Shown: one piece after another, positions 1 to 12,700 of the stretch
How the letters are laid out: each line of letters begins with the position of its first letter
Position numbering within the stretch: the stretch's first letter is position 1
Assembly (NCBI RefSeq): GCF_044704955.1
Contig: NC_092003.1
Span: 8,494,001-8,558,000, forward strand
Reading direction: 5' to 3'
Length of the DNA: 64,000 nucleotides
DNA from: Pristiophorus japonicus
Taxonomy: Eukaryota
Made by a program: the position numbers and the translations under genes
The notes under the pieces: model-generated
The model's input: only the letters and a program-made list of their open reading frames with translations
Told to the model about the DNA's origin: nothing
Databases searched by the model: none

Positions 1-2779
1 GTTTCTCTCGCCTTATCTTCTGTGTGCCACCCAATGACTCTAAGCAAAATATATATACAGTATCTGTATACATTCCAAGTAGAATTTAATCAGAATTTTG
101 AATAAAATCTATAACCGCGGGTTAAATAGCCAAGCCATTTTGCTATTTCTTTCTAAACGTTCACCTCCCAATTGTCACCCACGTCCAAATATTCACTGAA
201 CATCTAACCCTCTGAAAAGAAAGGATCCAAAAAGGTATTATGCCAAGTCCTAGGATTAGAAGAGACACTTCACGTAGGTATTCTCTAGTGGTGTTGTGTG
301 GTGGCACTGACTTGGGGGTTCAGTGAACTGGCACTGCACCACTCCAAGTACTGTAGTCCCCTCGGTAGGTGCCCGCTAACATATAACCACTCAAGCGCTA
401 TGGGGAACGTTCCTGGCTTACACATCCGGGAGGGCGGCGACCGCTCTTCCGATTGTGCGCCATCGCGGATCGGAAACCTATAGCCGACTGCAAGCGACGC
501 CGGAGCTGCCACGCAAGTTGTGGCCGCGCGAGTCGTGACCCCCCACCCTTCCCATTCCATTCCCAACGACGGTGACAGGCCGCCCGGGCAGAGCCGGCCC
601 CTGGTTCCTGAAGCCAGTCGCACGCACATCCGTACGGACCGCTGGCCCGACATGCTGTGGACCAGCCAGCTGTGCGCCGGGCCCCGTTCCCTCGCTCGTC
701 TGCCACTCGGCAAAATCGCGTCGGGAAAAGGGAGCTCTAGAAGGAACGACAAACACATTCATCTGAAAATAGCCCCATCTCTCCCTGCCCTGCCCCACCC
801 CACCCACCCCTGCCCCTTAAACTCGACATTAGAAAGGCTGCATCATACATTAATAACCTGCAGGCTAATGATTAGGAAACATCGCTCGAGTTGAGAAGCA
901 ATTTTTTCTTTCTTGTAAAAATTAAAAATAAAACACGCACGCACGCAAATCCGAAGCTTGCTGGAAGGCTGTGGCAGAGGACTGTACAAAGTTCGAAGCG
1001 TCGTAAATACAAAAAGCAACTTCAGTGACTCTGCTCAGTTTTCCCTTTGCTGTTAGTTCAAGTCCCCAGTCCCACCCGTCCGCTGTGCAGTGTTAATTTG
1101 GAAGGCAAGGTTTTCCCGAGAAGAGTTTTAGGAGAAAAAGCAAAAAGCACCAAAAATTAAACAAAATGGCGCCTCCCCAGCCCTGGCCAAAAAAATATAT
1201 TTAGCGAGAGAGAGCTCATCCTGGACTGGCAAAGGGGCAAACTCGAACCCTTTCAACTCCCCCCCCCCCCCCCCCCACCCCGCCACAATAATTCTCGAAT
1301 CTAGTTCATTTAACGTTGCGGTAAGTCTGCACTATCTGCTCACAAGACCGAACTCGATGGCTGGTAGGTCCACAGAGTATGGTAACCTTCTCAAACAGCG
1401 CTGATGTACGTACTGGGAGAGGCGGTTAATAGATAACGTTGGGGAGAAGACACACACACACACACACACACACACGTATATTATCTGTGTTATATTGACA
1501 GGACGGGATTTTCTGCCCCCCACCTCCTGTCCCCAGGAACGTAGCAGTAGTTATTCTCTTTCCCCCACCCTGACATTTTAAGAAGCTCGACCCCCGCTAA
1601 AATATTTGAGCGTGCAAAGCCAGGCGGCAGGTGGCAGTCGCTGCGTGGAGAGAAATCTGTGCGGGGGGGTGGGGGGGGTCGACGATCTGCAAGTCACGAG
1701 GCCTGCTGCGTGGTTGGGATGGGCCGGGGGGGGGGGGAAGAGAGAGAGAGAGAATTCCGCGTGACGTTCCGAGTTCTTTGAGCCGTGGGGAGCAGGAGGT
1801 GCCGGCTTCACAAGGCGGGCTCAGCTCCACGCCAGTTAACGCGGGACGCCTGCAGTACTGTGGACGGGCGAGTCTTTAGACAGGGTATGGGGCAAGTCAT
1901 GGGGAAAGGAGGACCCTGTGCGCTGGAGGGGAGCGAACTCAGTTTGCAGATCCTGAAAGGGCCGATACATCTCCGGGAATTCCCTCACAACTGTCCCTTT
2001 CCTCAAGTTGTGTGGGGGGGGGGGGGGCGGAAGCAGCTTATGATCACGTCCCACAGCATGCAAAAAAAAGTTTCCCCAGAAAAGACGGTCCCACGAGTTT
2101 TCCCCCCCCCCGCCACCACCTCCGCGGGTCGTGGGCAGAGCTGGCAGAGGGGCCCGTTCCCCTACTTGTGCTGAAGAGGGGGTGGTGCCGGCCTTCTGCT
2201 AGATAACAAGTGTTGGTACAACCGAAGGGCTTCGGAGGGGCATTAAGAGCCCAGTGCAGCGTGGGACAGGAGTCGCGGGTGGGCTAGACTGGGTAGGGGG
2301 CTTGTCGTAAAAAGCCTGGTTCGCACTACAACTCGGCAGTTTTACCACGGTCATTTTATCTGGTGCCAGGCCAAAACTGCCAGATTTATTGCGTTTTATC
2401 TTTCATCCAGCCCGAGCTGCATTTGAACTCTCAGCTCGGGTTACTCGTCCAGCTCTATACCACCGAACCCAGGTTTCCTCGGGTAAACCATGCCTTATGC
2501 GCCCCTCTTGCCTCTCAAATTGAATGCAAAAGAAAAGCACGGCGGATACCCGACACAAGTGCACGCGCGTGGCAGCCTCTCAAAGGCAAGGGCCCCACGG
2601 ATATCCAACTCGCTCCTATTTACAAATGTCAGCACCTCCCCTTCCCCTGCGGAAAGTGGCAATCTGCCAGTGCGCGCCGTTCTGTGCAGCTCCACCCAAC
2701 ACTCGCCCACAGAGCGGGTCAGTGTTAAGAACATATAGTTAATGAAAAGTCGAAGGTGTTAGTGGCATGTGTGAGAAAG

Positions 2780-3480
2780 GGAGCGCGCGCCAGAGAGAGA
2801 GGGGGGAGGGCGCACGAGAGGGGGGGGGGGGGGAAGAGCAACAGACAGCACGTGAGCACGCGAGGGGGGGGTGGGGGGGAGAGAGAGCACGCGAGAGAGG
2901 GTGGGGGGAGAGCTCACGGGGGGGGGGGGGGAGCTCACGAGGGGGGGGCGAGCTCGCGGGAGAGGGAGGGAGGGAGGGGGAAGAGAGCTCGCGCGGGGGG
3001 GGGGGGGGGAGAGCTCACGGGAAAGAGAGGGGGAGGGGGGAGAGCTCGCGCACGAGGGGGGGGGGGAAGAGAGCACACAAGGGGGGGGGCGGAGAGCGCG
3101 CGGAAGCACGCGAGGGAGGGGGGAGCTCGCGGGAGAGTGGGGAGGGGGGAGATCTCGCGCGCGAGGGAGAGAGAGCGAGGGGGGGGGTGGGCGGACGCGC
3201 ATGAAGGGGAGAGGGAGAGAGAGGGGAGTGCAAGAAGGGGAGAGAGGGGAGAGAAGAGAGTATGCCGTGAGAGGGGAGAGAGTATGAGCACAAGAGAGAG
3301 GAGTGTGCGCGTGTGAGAGAGAGGAGACGAGAGAGAGGAGAGTAGGCGCGCGAGGGAGTGTGTGTGTGTGTGTGTGAGCAAGAGAGCCTGCGTGTGCATC
3401 TGTGCACGAGTGTGTGTATCCGTGCACGAGAGTGAGAGTATGTGCGCGCGGGAGAGTGTGAGCATTTTGAGTGTGTGTTT
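2780..3480. repeat. G/A-rich low-complexity tract with GCGCG/GAGCTC cores
   Basis: Poly-G runs, (GA)n and (GT)n just 3' of the HNRNPUL2 stop. Confidence 0.85.
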
Positions 3481-3715
3481 TATACATTCCGCGTTAACTA
3501 CTGTGGTTCGTCGGTTGAGGAAAAGCTGAAATGCCTTGTAAAGCCAGGCACTCACTTTGTTTAAACATGAGTAAAAATAAAATTAAAAACAGAACATCTA
3601 ACACTAGCCGAAAACTTGAGTAAAACCCCCACAGCCACTTGCCGCTCCACTGGAATGAAACTATGTTGGAGGCTGGCTGAGAGCCCGGGCTGTGGGGACG
3701 CACGCGCTCGTGCTT

Positions 3716-3775
3716 TCATCGGTAGCCATAGTAACTGTTGTAGTAGCGGTTTCGCTCCTCGTAATAGCGGTGCCA
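3716..3775 (-). CDS. HNRNPUL2: HNRNPUL2 exon 14 (last coding exon)
   Basis: [19 protein letters not shown]; polypyrimidine tract + CAG acceptor. Confidence 0.9.
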   Translation of the reverse strand, partial: WHRYYEERNRYYNSYYGYR

Positions 3776-6700
3776 CTGCAGACAGAAGGAGAACACGCAG
3801 CACGTTAATGGTTAAACGGTCTTGTCCCGACCCGACCCGCACTACACACCCACAGCACCGTACCCACGTGGCCATTCGTCAGACGCAAGCCTGGACAGTG
3901 CGCGTCAGTGCGCTATTCAACCACGGGGAGCATCGCAGCTGAACCTGACCCTGCCTTTGCTCGACGTGTGTCTCTCACACGCTCAGAACAACATTCACGA
4001 CTGGCTAACGATTAATGGGGCGGGGGCGATCCCTGACTAATGTTTCCCCTCTCGAGCCAACAATGCCAATTTTGATACTGCTTCACGCACCCCCTGCCCC
4101 TCCCCTCCACACTGCTCTACCTGACGTTGGCTGGTAGCTTAAATCCTGGGACATTTTGGGCAGGCACATCAGGGTCCCCCCATGCATCCGCGCGCCCCCC
4201 CCCCCCCCGCCTCCCCCCTCCCCACCTCGTTCCCAGATTACAGGGAGCCAGTCAGCGACAGATCATGCAGGAACGCCGGAAGAGCACAGGCAAGCACCTA
4301 CCTCGCGAGCGTACTCCCGGTAATAGTCCCGATATCTGTGGTAGTCGTAGGGCTGTGTATAAGCCCGGTCGTACTGCTGCCTGTATCGGTCGTAGGCTTT
4401 ATGGTAATCCTGTGATAACAAATGACTGGTCAGTGTATTGCTACAAACGGCAGGGCAAGTATTGCTGGCTCACGGGACCCAATTTGCAAATCGTGTTGAG
4501 AATCCTTTACCCAAATCACAAAGACATAAGCAAGGAATCCGGATAAAGAAACCAGCAACTCATCTCACCAGAGTTTCAGGTGCAAAGGAAGAGGATATCA
4601 AACCGATGGGGCAAAACCAAGGTCAGGAAAGAGATTGTTAAGTCCCATGTTACTTTCTTATCCGATCTCTGGCGTGCATATCCGGCAACACATTCTTACC
4701 GTGGTTCTGACAGAACCAAGGTAGGTAGATGGAGTTAAGATACAGATCAGCCATGATCTAATCGAGGGGTAGAACGGGCTCGAGGGGCTGAATGGCCTCC
4801 TCCTACGTACCCATGATCAAAAGTCACAAATAACATTCTTTGTGACAGTGACAAAGAAACATAGACAATAGGTGCAGGAGTAGGCCATTGGGCCCTTCAA
4901 GCCTGCACCACCATTCAATATGATCATGGCTGATCATGCAACTTCAGTACCCCATTCCTGCTTTCTCTCCATACCCCTTGATCCCTTTAGCCGTAAGGGC
5001 CACAACTAACTCCGTTTTGAATATATCTAACAAACTGATCCCAACAACTTTCTGTGGTAGAGAATTCCACAGGTTCACAATTCTCTGAGTGAAGAAGTTT
5101 CCCCTCATCTCGGTCCTAAATGGCTTACCCCTTATCCTTAGACTGTGACCCCTGGTTCTGGACTTCCCCAACATCGGGAACATTCTTCCTGCATCTAACC
5201 TGTCCAATCCTGTCAGAATTTTATATGTTTCTATGAGAACCCTTCAATTCTTCTAAACTCCAGTGAATATAAGCCTAGTCGATCCAGTCTCTCCTCATAT
5301 GTCAGACCTGCCATCCCGGGAATCAGTCTGGTGAACCTTCGCTGCACTCCCTCAATAGCAAGGTAAACTATCCCTCCTTGACCCGTCTGCAGCCTCCTCC
5401 AACGCCTCGCCACTGTCGGCTAGCTGGGTGGGACTGCACTCGCCTGGTTCCATTCTTATCTATCTAATCGTAGCAAGAAAATCTCCCGCAATGGCTTCTC
5501 TTCCCGCCCCCACATCGTTACCTCTGGTGTCCCCCAAGGATCTATCCTTGGCCCCCTCCTATTTCTCATCTACATGCCGCCCCTTGGCGACATCATCTGG
5601 AAACACAGCGTCAGTTTCCACATGTACGCTGATGACACACAGCTCTACCTCACCCCCGCTTCTCTCGACCCCTCCGCGGTCTCTAAATTGTCAGACTGAT
5701 TGTCCGACATCCAGTTCTGGATGAGCAGAAATGTTCTCCAATTAAATATTGGGAAGTCCGAAGCCATTGCCTTTGGTCCCTGCCAAACAGCGTTCCCTAA
5801 CCACTGACTCCATCCCTCTCCGTAGCATCTGTCTGAGGCTGAACCAGCCTGTTCGCAACCTTGATGTCATTGTTGACCCTGAAATGAGCTTCCGGCCACA
5901 TATCCGCTGCATAAATAATACCGCCTATTTCCACCCCCATAACATCGCCCGTCTCCGCCCCTGCCTCAGCTCATCTGCTGCTGAAACCCTCATCTGTGCC
6001 TCTGTTACCTCCAGACTTGACTATTCCAACGCACTCCTGGCCAGCCTCCCACATCCTACCCTACGTAAACTAGAGATGATCCAAAACTCGGCTGCCCAGT
6101 GTCCTAACTCGCACCGAGTCCCACTCACCCATCACCCCCTGTGCTCGCTGACCTGTATCCTAACTCGCACCGAGTCCCGCTCACCCATCACCCCGTGCTC
6201 ACTGACCTACATGGGCTCAATTTCAAAATTCTCATCCTTGTTTTCAAATCCCTCCATGGCCTTGCCCCTCCCAATCTCTGTAATCTCCTCCAGCCTCAAA
6301 TTCTGGCCTCTTGAGCATCCCTGATTACAACGGCCACTGGTGGCCGTAGCTTCAGCTGCCTGGGCCCTAAGCTCTGGAACTCCCTCCCTAAACCTCTCCA
6401 CCTCTCTACTCTCCTTTAAGATGACAAGAGGCTGCAAGGTGACATGGATAGGTTAGGTGAGTGGGCAAATGCATGGCAGATGCAGTATAATGTGGATAAG
6501 TGTGAGGTTATCCACTTTGGTGGCAAAAACAGGAAGGCAGATTATCTGAATGGTGACAGATTAGCAAAAGGGGAGGTGCTACGAGACCTGGGTGTCATGG
6601 TACATCACTCACTGAAAGTAGGCATGCAGGTACAGCAGGCGGTGAAGGCGGCAAATGGCATGTTGGCCTTCATAGCGAGGGGGTTTGAGTATAGGAGCTG

Positions 6701-9700
6701 GGAGGTCTTGCTGCAGTTGTACAGGGCCTTGGTGAGGTCACACCTTGAGTACTGTGTGCAGTTTTGGTCTCCTAATCTGAGGAAGGACATTCTTGCTATT
6801 GAGGGAGTGCAGCAAAGGTTCACCGGACTGATTCCTGGGATTGCAGAACTGAAAGACTGGATCGACTAGGCTTATATTCACTGGAATTTAGAAGAATGAG
6901 AGGGGATCTCATAGAAACATATAAAATTCTGACGGGATTGGACAGGTTAGATGCAGGAAGAATGTTCCCGATGTTGGGCAAGTCCAGAACCAGGGGTCAC
7001 AGTCTAAGGATAAGGGGTAAGCCATTTAGGACCGAGACGAGGAGAAACTTTTTCCACCCAGAGAATTGTGAACCTGTGGAATTCTCTACCACAGAGAGCT
7101 GTTGAGGCCAGTTCATTGGACATATTCAAAAAGGAGTTAGATGTGGCCCTTACGGCTAAAGGGATCAGGGGGTACGGAGAGAAAGCAGGAATGGGGTACT
7201 GAAGTTGCATGATCAACCATGATCTTATTGAATGGTGGTGCAGGCTCGAAGGGCCGAATGGCCTGCTCCTGCACCTATTTTCTATGTGTCCAAGACACTC
7301 CTTAACACCTACCTCCTCATCTGCCGTAATTTCTTCTTGTGCGACTCGGGGTCAAATTTATGTGTTTTGTCTTATAACACTGCTGTGAAGCACCTGGGGA
7401 CGTTTTACTACATTAAAGGCACCATATAAATACGAGTTGTTGTTGTGATCGAGCGTCTCTCTCTTACCTCTCTGTACGCCGGGTTGTTGCCATAGGCGGC
7501 ACCCCAGCTCTGCCCGTACTGCTGCCGATCGTAGCTCCTGTTGTCCCACCTGCCCATGCGGTTACCACCTAGCAGAACAGAGGTGTACAATGTGAGGGCA
7601 TTTGTTTTGTTGTGCGCAGGTCTGAAACTAATGTTGGGTTCCAAGACAGGATGGAAACAAGAGTCTTGAAACCCCCCACCCCTCCCTCCCCCCTCCTCTC
7701 CCTCTACCCTCCTCCTCCCCCCTTTCCCTCTGCCCTCCTCCTCCCTCCCTCTACCCTCCCCCCTCCTCCTCCCCCCTTCCCTCTGCCCTCCTCCTCCCTC
7801 TGCCTTCCTCCTCCCTCTCTCTACCCTCCCCCTCCCTCTATCCGCCTCCTCCCTCCACCCTCTACCCTCTACCCTCTTCCTCCCTCTACCCTCTACCCTC
7901 CTCCCCCGCAAGCCACAGAATGTCACTGCCGGGAAGTACCCACACAGTGCTGGTGGAAGCAGACTGCTTCGCCCTAGGTGGCACCGAGCACCGTGGGATA
8001 GAGAGCCACATATCCAAATTTGCCGATGACATAAAGATAGGCGGCATTGTAGATGAAAGCATAAAATTACAAAAGAGATAGTGATAGATTAAGTGAGTGG
8101 GCAAAAACTGTGGCAAATGGGTTTCAAAAGTCAGCAAATGTGAGGTCATCCACTTTGGACCTAAAAACGATACAACAGGGTGCTTTCCAAATGGTGAAAA
8201 ACTGAAAATAGCGGTGGCCCAGGTACATCGATCATTAAAATTTCAAGAACAGATACAGAAAATAATCAAAAAGGCTAATGGAATGGTGGCCTTGACAGCA
8301 AGAGGACTAGAATACAAGGGCGTAGACGTTATGCTGCAGCTGTACAAAGCCTTGGTTAGACCACACCTGGAGCACTGCGAGTACCTTAGGAAGGATATAT
8401 TGGCCTTTTGAGGGAGTGTAGCGTAGGTTCAACCAGAATTCCAGAATACCCGGACTCCAAAAAGGTTAAATTACAAGCGAACATCCCCACTTCTGACCTT
8501 AAGATGGAGGGAAGGTCATTGATGAAGCAGCTGAAGGTGGTTGGGCCTAGGAGACTGCCCTGAGGAAGTCCTGCAGCGATGACCTGGGGTCTGGGATGAT
8601 GGGTCTCCAACAACCACAACCATCTTCTTTTGCGCTGGGTATCATTCCAGCCAGTGGAGAGTCATTCCTCCCCACCCCCGCTGCCCCTTAATCTCCATTC
8701 AGGATTAGTTAGAGGATCCCCAGTTTACAAGAAAGCCCGCTACAAAAACCAAAGTTATTCAAGAGGATTAATGTGCGAGAGCAGAAGGAAGAGAGAGAGA
8801 CGGTTGTGTTCCGCTCGGGGTGGCGTCTCACCGTAGTTCCTGTCTCGGTCGTTGCGGTTGCGGTAGTTACGCCGATCCTGCCGCTTCTCCTGCTGTGGCC
8901 GGGATTTCTTTGCCTCGTCTCGATACTTGTTCATCAGCTTGGTGGCCTGCTCCTTCTCTAGCTCCACGAAAGTCACTTTGTCCAGGAAGTCGCTCGTCTC
9001 GGGGAGCGTAAAATTCACTGGAGAGAAAAAAAAAAATCAACACAAACTTCGGCCTTGATGATTTTCGGGGCGGTAACGCCTGCGCCCGGGAATAGCTTAC
9101 GCCTCAGTCATCGAGTCTGGGGTGCAGCGCTAAGGGAGGCACTGTACACCTCTCTTGGGGCGTTAGCATGGGAAAATCCCGAGCTAAAGAGCCGGGCTGG
9201 GAGCGCACCGAGAGACACCTGGGGAGGGGGAAAAAACCCTGAAAACCCCCCGCCCCACAAAAACATTCCCAAAACATGGCCCACGCCACCACAACATAAA
9301 TTGCAACTTTTTTTTTTTTTTAAAAAGCAATCGCACTTGCCCGAGGACGACATTACTTAAGCTCTCTGCACTCGGTATGGGATTCCCAGGCGTTCGCTGC
9401 GGGATGTGCAGCGGGGTGTAGAGGAGTCACAAAGCATGCCGGTGTCGAGTCTGGGGGCCGCTCTGCTCACCACAGCCTGCTCGACCCTACGCTCGCCCAA
9501 CACCCATAAACGCGCGCAATTCCAGCAGAACACACTGGACGGTGAGCAACACATTCAGGAGTGGGGGGGGGGGGAGGAAGACAGCGGTAAACAGACATCA
9601 GAGGTACAGGCACGTACCAGAAACACATCACAGGGAACCAAGACTCCTGTCCACACCCAGTGTCGCCCCTCACCTTTCATCTCATGCATTGCAAAGTCTG

Positions 9701-12700
9701 GCACGTCCTCGCCCTCTTCCGCAATCCGTTGCTTCAGCCTGGTCTTCCAGTCCTCATCGCTCGGGCAGATCACCACAGCGTGGCGGTTAAACCCTTTGAA
9801 CTGGTTCATCTTCCGCCTCTGAGCCGAGTTGTACACGTTGGTCTGGAAGGGAAGCGGACGCAGAGGCCATTGACCAGGGAAAAGTTATGTCCCCTGGCCA
9901 GAATTCTAACAATCCTGGCCTCTTGCACATCCCCCGATTTCCGTCGCTCCGTGCCTTCAGCTGCCTGGGCCCCCAAGCTCTGGAATTCCCTCCCTAAACC
10001 TCTCCGCCTCTCTCTCCTCCTTAAAACCTACCCCTCTGACCCAGCTTTTGGTCGCCTGTCCAAATATCTCATGTGGCTCGGTGTCAAATTTTGTCCAATG
10101 ACACTCCTGTGAAGCACCTTGGCACATTTTACTAAGTTTACGGCGCTATATAAATAAATGCAAGTTCTTGTCGGTAGATGCAGCGACTCAGAATTCGAAT
10201 GGCAGATAGAGTGACTCCAAATTCTTGCCTCTCTCCCCACCTTTCTCGAAGGCACCGACTCGGACGAGCATGAAGCCCCACAGTTGCCGTCAGCGCTTTG
10301 ATACCTCGCCGAAGTGGCGAGAGATGATGGGGGGGGGGGGGAAGCAGGAACGAGGGGGAACGGAAACTGGGGAGGGGGCACAATCATTAGGAGTTAGGGA
10401 GGTTCAACGGAATGAACAGATGTATTCACATGGAGAGAAGTTACCCTGCTTAGCGGGAGACATTGCTACAGTTTTAGTCACGATTTCTGTTTGCTGTAGT
10501 TTGTAGAGCTCCTTTTTTTTCCCAAATAGATACTGTAGACTGTTTGCTGTAGCGCGCTGTTTAAATAGATACTGCAGACTGTTTGCTGTTTAAATAAATA
10601 CTGTAGACTGTTTGCCGTAGTGCTGTTTAAATAGATACTGTAGACTGTTTGCCGTAGTGTGCTGTTTAAATAGATACTGTAGACTGTTTGCCGTAGTGTG
10701 CTGTTTAAATAGATACTGTAGACTGTTTGCCGTAGTGTGCTGTTTAAATAGATACTGTAGACTGTTTGCTGTAGTGTGCTGTTTAAATAGACTGTTTGCT
10801 GTAGCGCAGTTTAAAGACATTGTAGACCGTTTGCTGTAGTGCGCTGTTTAAATAGATACTGTAGACTGCTGTAGCGCACTGTTTAAATAGACACTGTAGA
10901 CTATTTGCTGTAGTGTGCTGTTTAAATAGACACTGTAGACTGTTTACTGTAGTGTGCTGTTTAAATAGACACTGTAGACTGTTTGCTGTAGTGTGCCATT
11001 TAAACAGACTTTGCTGTGAGTCCTGCCACAAGTCCCCACCACCCTGCACCACCACCATCACCCCCCAACCGCTTCCAACTTATTGGCTGACCCAGTGGTG
11101 TTAATAGACACTCTGACTATTTAGTGGGCCAAAATCTCAGAAGGACGGTACCTGATCAAGGATGTAGTTACGCTTCTTGCAAGCAGCGATCTGGATCAGT
11201 TTGCTCAAGGACTGCGCCGCCTGCTGCATCAGGATATTCCGACGCTCCGCATTCATTTCAGGACCCTCCAATCCTTTGATCTGGGAGAACAAGAGCAGAA
11301 GAGCGCACAGTGAGCGGTTTTATATCAAACAGCTACTCCAGCTGTGGGGGTTCACCACCTGCCCTCTTCTCTCGTACTGGGGTGCAGTTCCACGGGAAAG
11401 CCGAGATGGAATCTTCAACTGCGAGGGCAGAGCCTGTTCCTGCCCTCGCTGGAACACCACCACCACCCCCCCCCCCCCCAACAAGCTGAATGACCAGTTA
11501 ACCCATTATTTTGGGGGTCTTGGTTGAGCCTCCTGACCCACAGTCAAGTTGATCTTAAAAGCAACAGGGTCAGCAAATCAGCTCCTAATTCTCTGAAGAT
11601 CTTTGAGGCTTTACAATAGCGGTTTTAAGAAAACTACAGGACTGACTCGAAGCCTGGATGAATTACCCGCTAAAGGAGCAGAGTTTGGTTAAAAGAACCG
11701 TTAAACTGACTGTGCAACAAGGCGCACTGCAAAGATTGACCAAGTTCAAGAAGTGTTATGCAGACTGTCTGGAAGGCTACAGATAAGGAAACCTTGAAAC
11801 CCCGGGGGAGCGGAGACGGGGGGGGGGGGGGGGGGGGGGGGGCGGAAACGGGACACCAGGTGTTGTTTGGTGTCAGTCTGTGTAACCATGGGAGAGGGAG
11901 AGAATGGAACATTACTGGAAAGCTTGTTTTCGTCAGCAAGAAGTGTAGAAAACCAGCCGTTTTAGTAAGTTCACAGGAGACCGTCCATGAGATAGGCCAG
12001 AAGAATACACAAGTTGTCGATGGATTATTAACCTCACAAGTCTTCCAAAGCACGAGAATTGGCCACTCCGAGTTTCGAATTGTATTTCGAATTAAGGTTG
12101 TACAAATCTCCATCTGTAAACCTTGTTGTATTTTTAATGTTAATAAAACCAAGGAGTTAAAAATAAAGATTTGCTGTCTGATTACCCTAAAGAGTAAATG
12201 GAGAATAAAACACAAACCCAACATCTCTTACCCTCATCCTGTCCAGAACATTGAGTGTTCCCAGTACGGTGTACCTTTTCTCCGGATTCTCAGCCACGTA
12301 TTTCTTCACCCACGTAGTCTTACCAACCCCCGGCATCCCAACCATCAGTATAACCTTTAGAAAAAGAAAGACTTGCATTTATATAGCACCTTTCACAACC
12401 TCAGGACGTCCCAAAGCGCTTTACAGCCAACAAAGTACTTTCTTGAAGTGTAATGCAGGAAATGCAGCAGCCGATTTGCACACAGCAAGCTCCCACAAAC
12501 AGCAATGTGATAATGACCAGATCATGTGTTGTGGTGATGTTGGCTCAAGGATAAATATTGAACCCTGGACACTGGATAATTCCCCTGCTATTCTTCCAAT
12601 AGTGGCCGTGGGATCTTTTATGCCCACCCGTGAGAGTAAATGGCTCATCGACAGTGCGGCGCTCCCTCAGTACCGCCCCTCCGACAGTGCGCCGCTCCCT

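Noticed and set aside
2756-3555. Multiple 130-240-aa ORFs
   Set aside because: They come from a low-complexity G/A tract.
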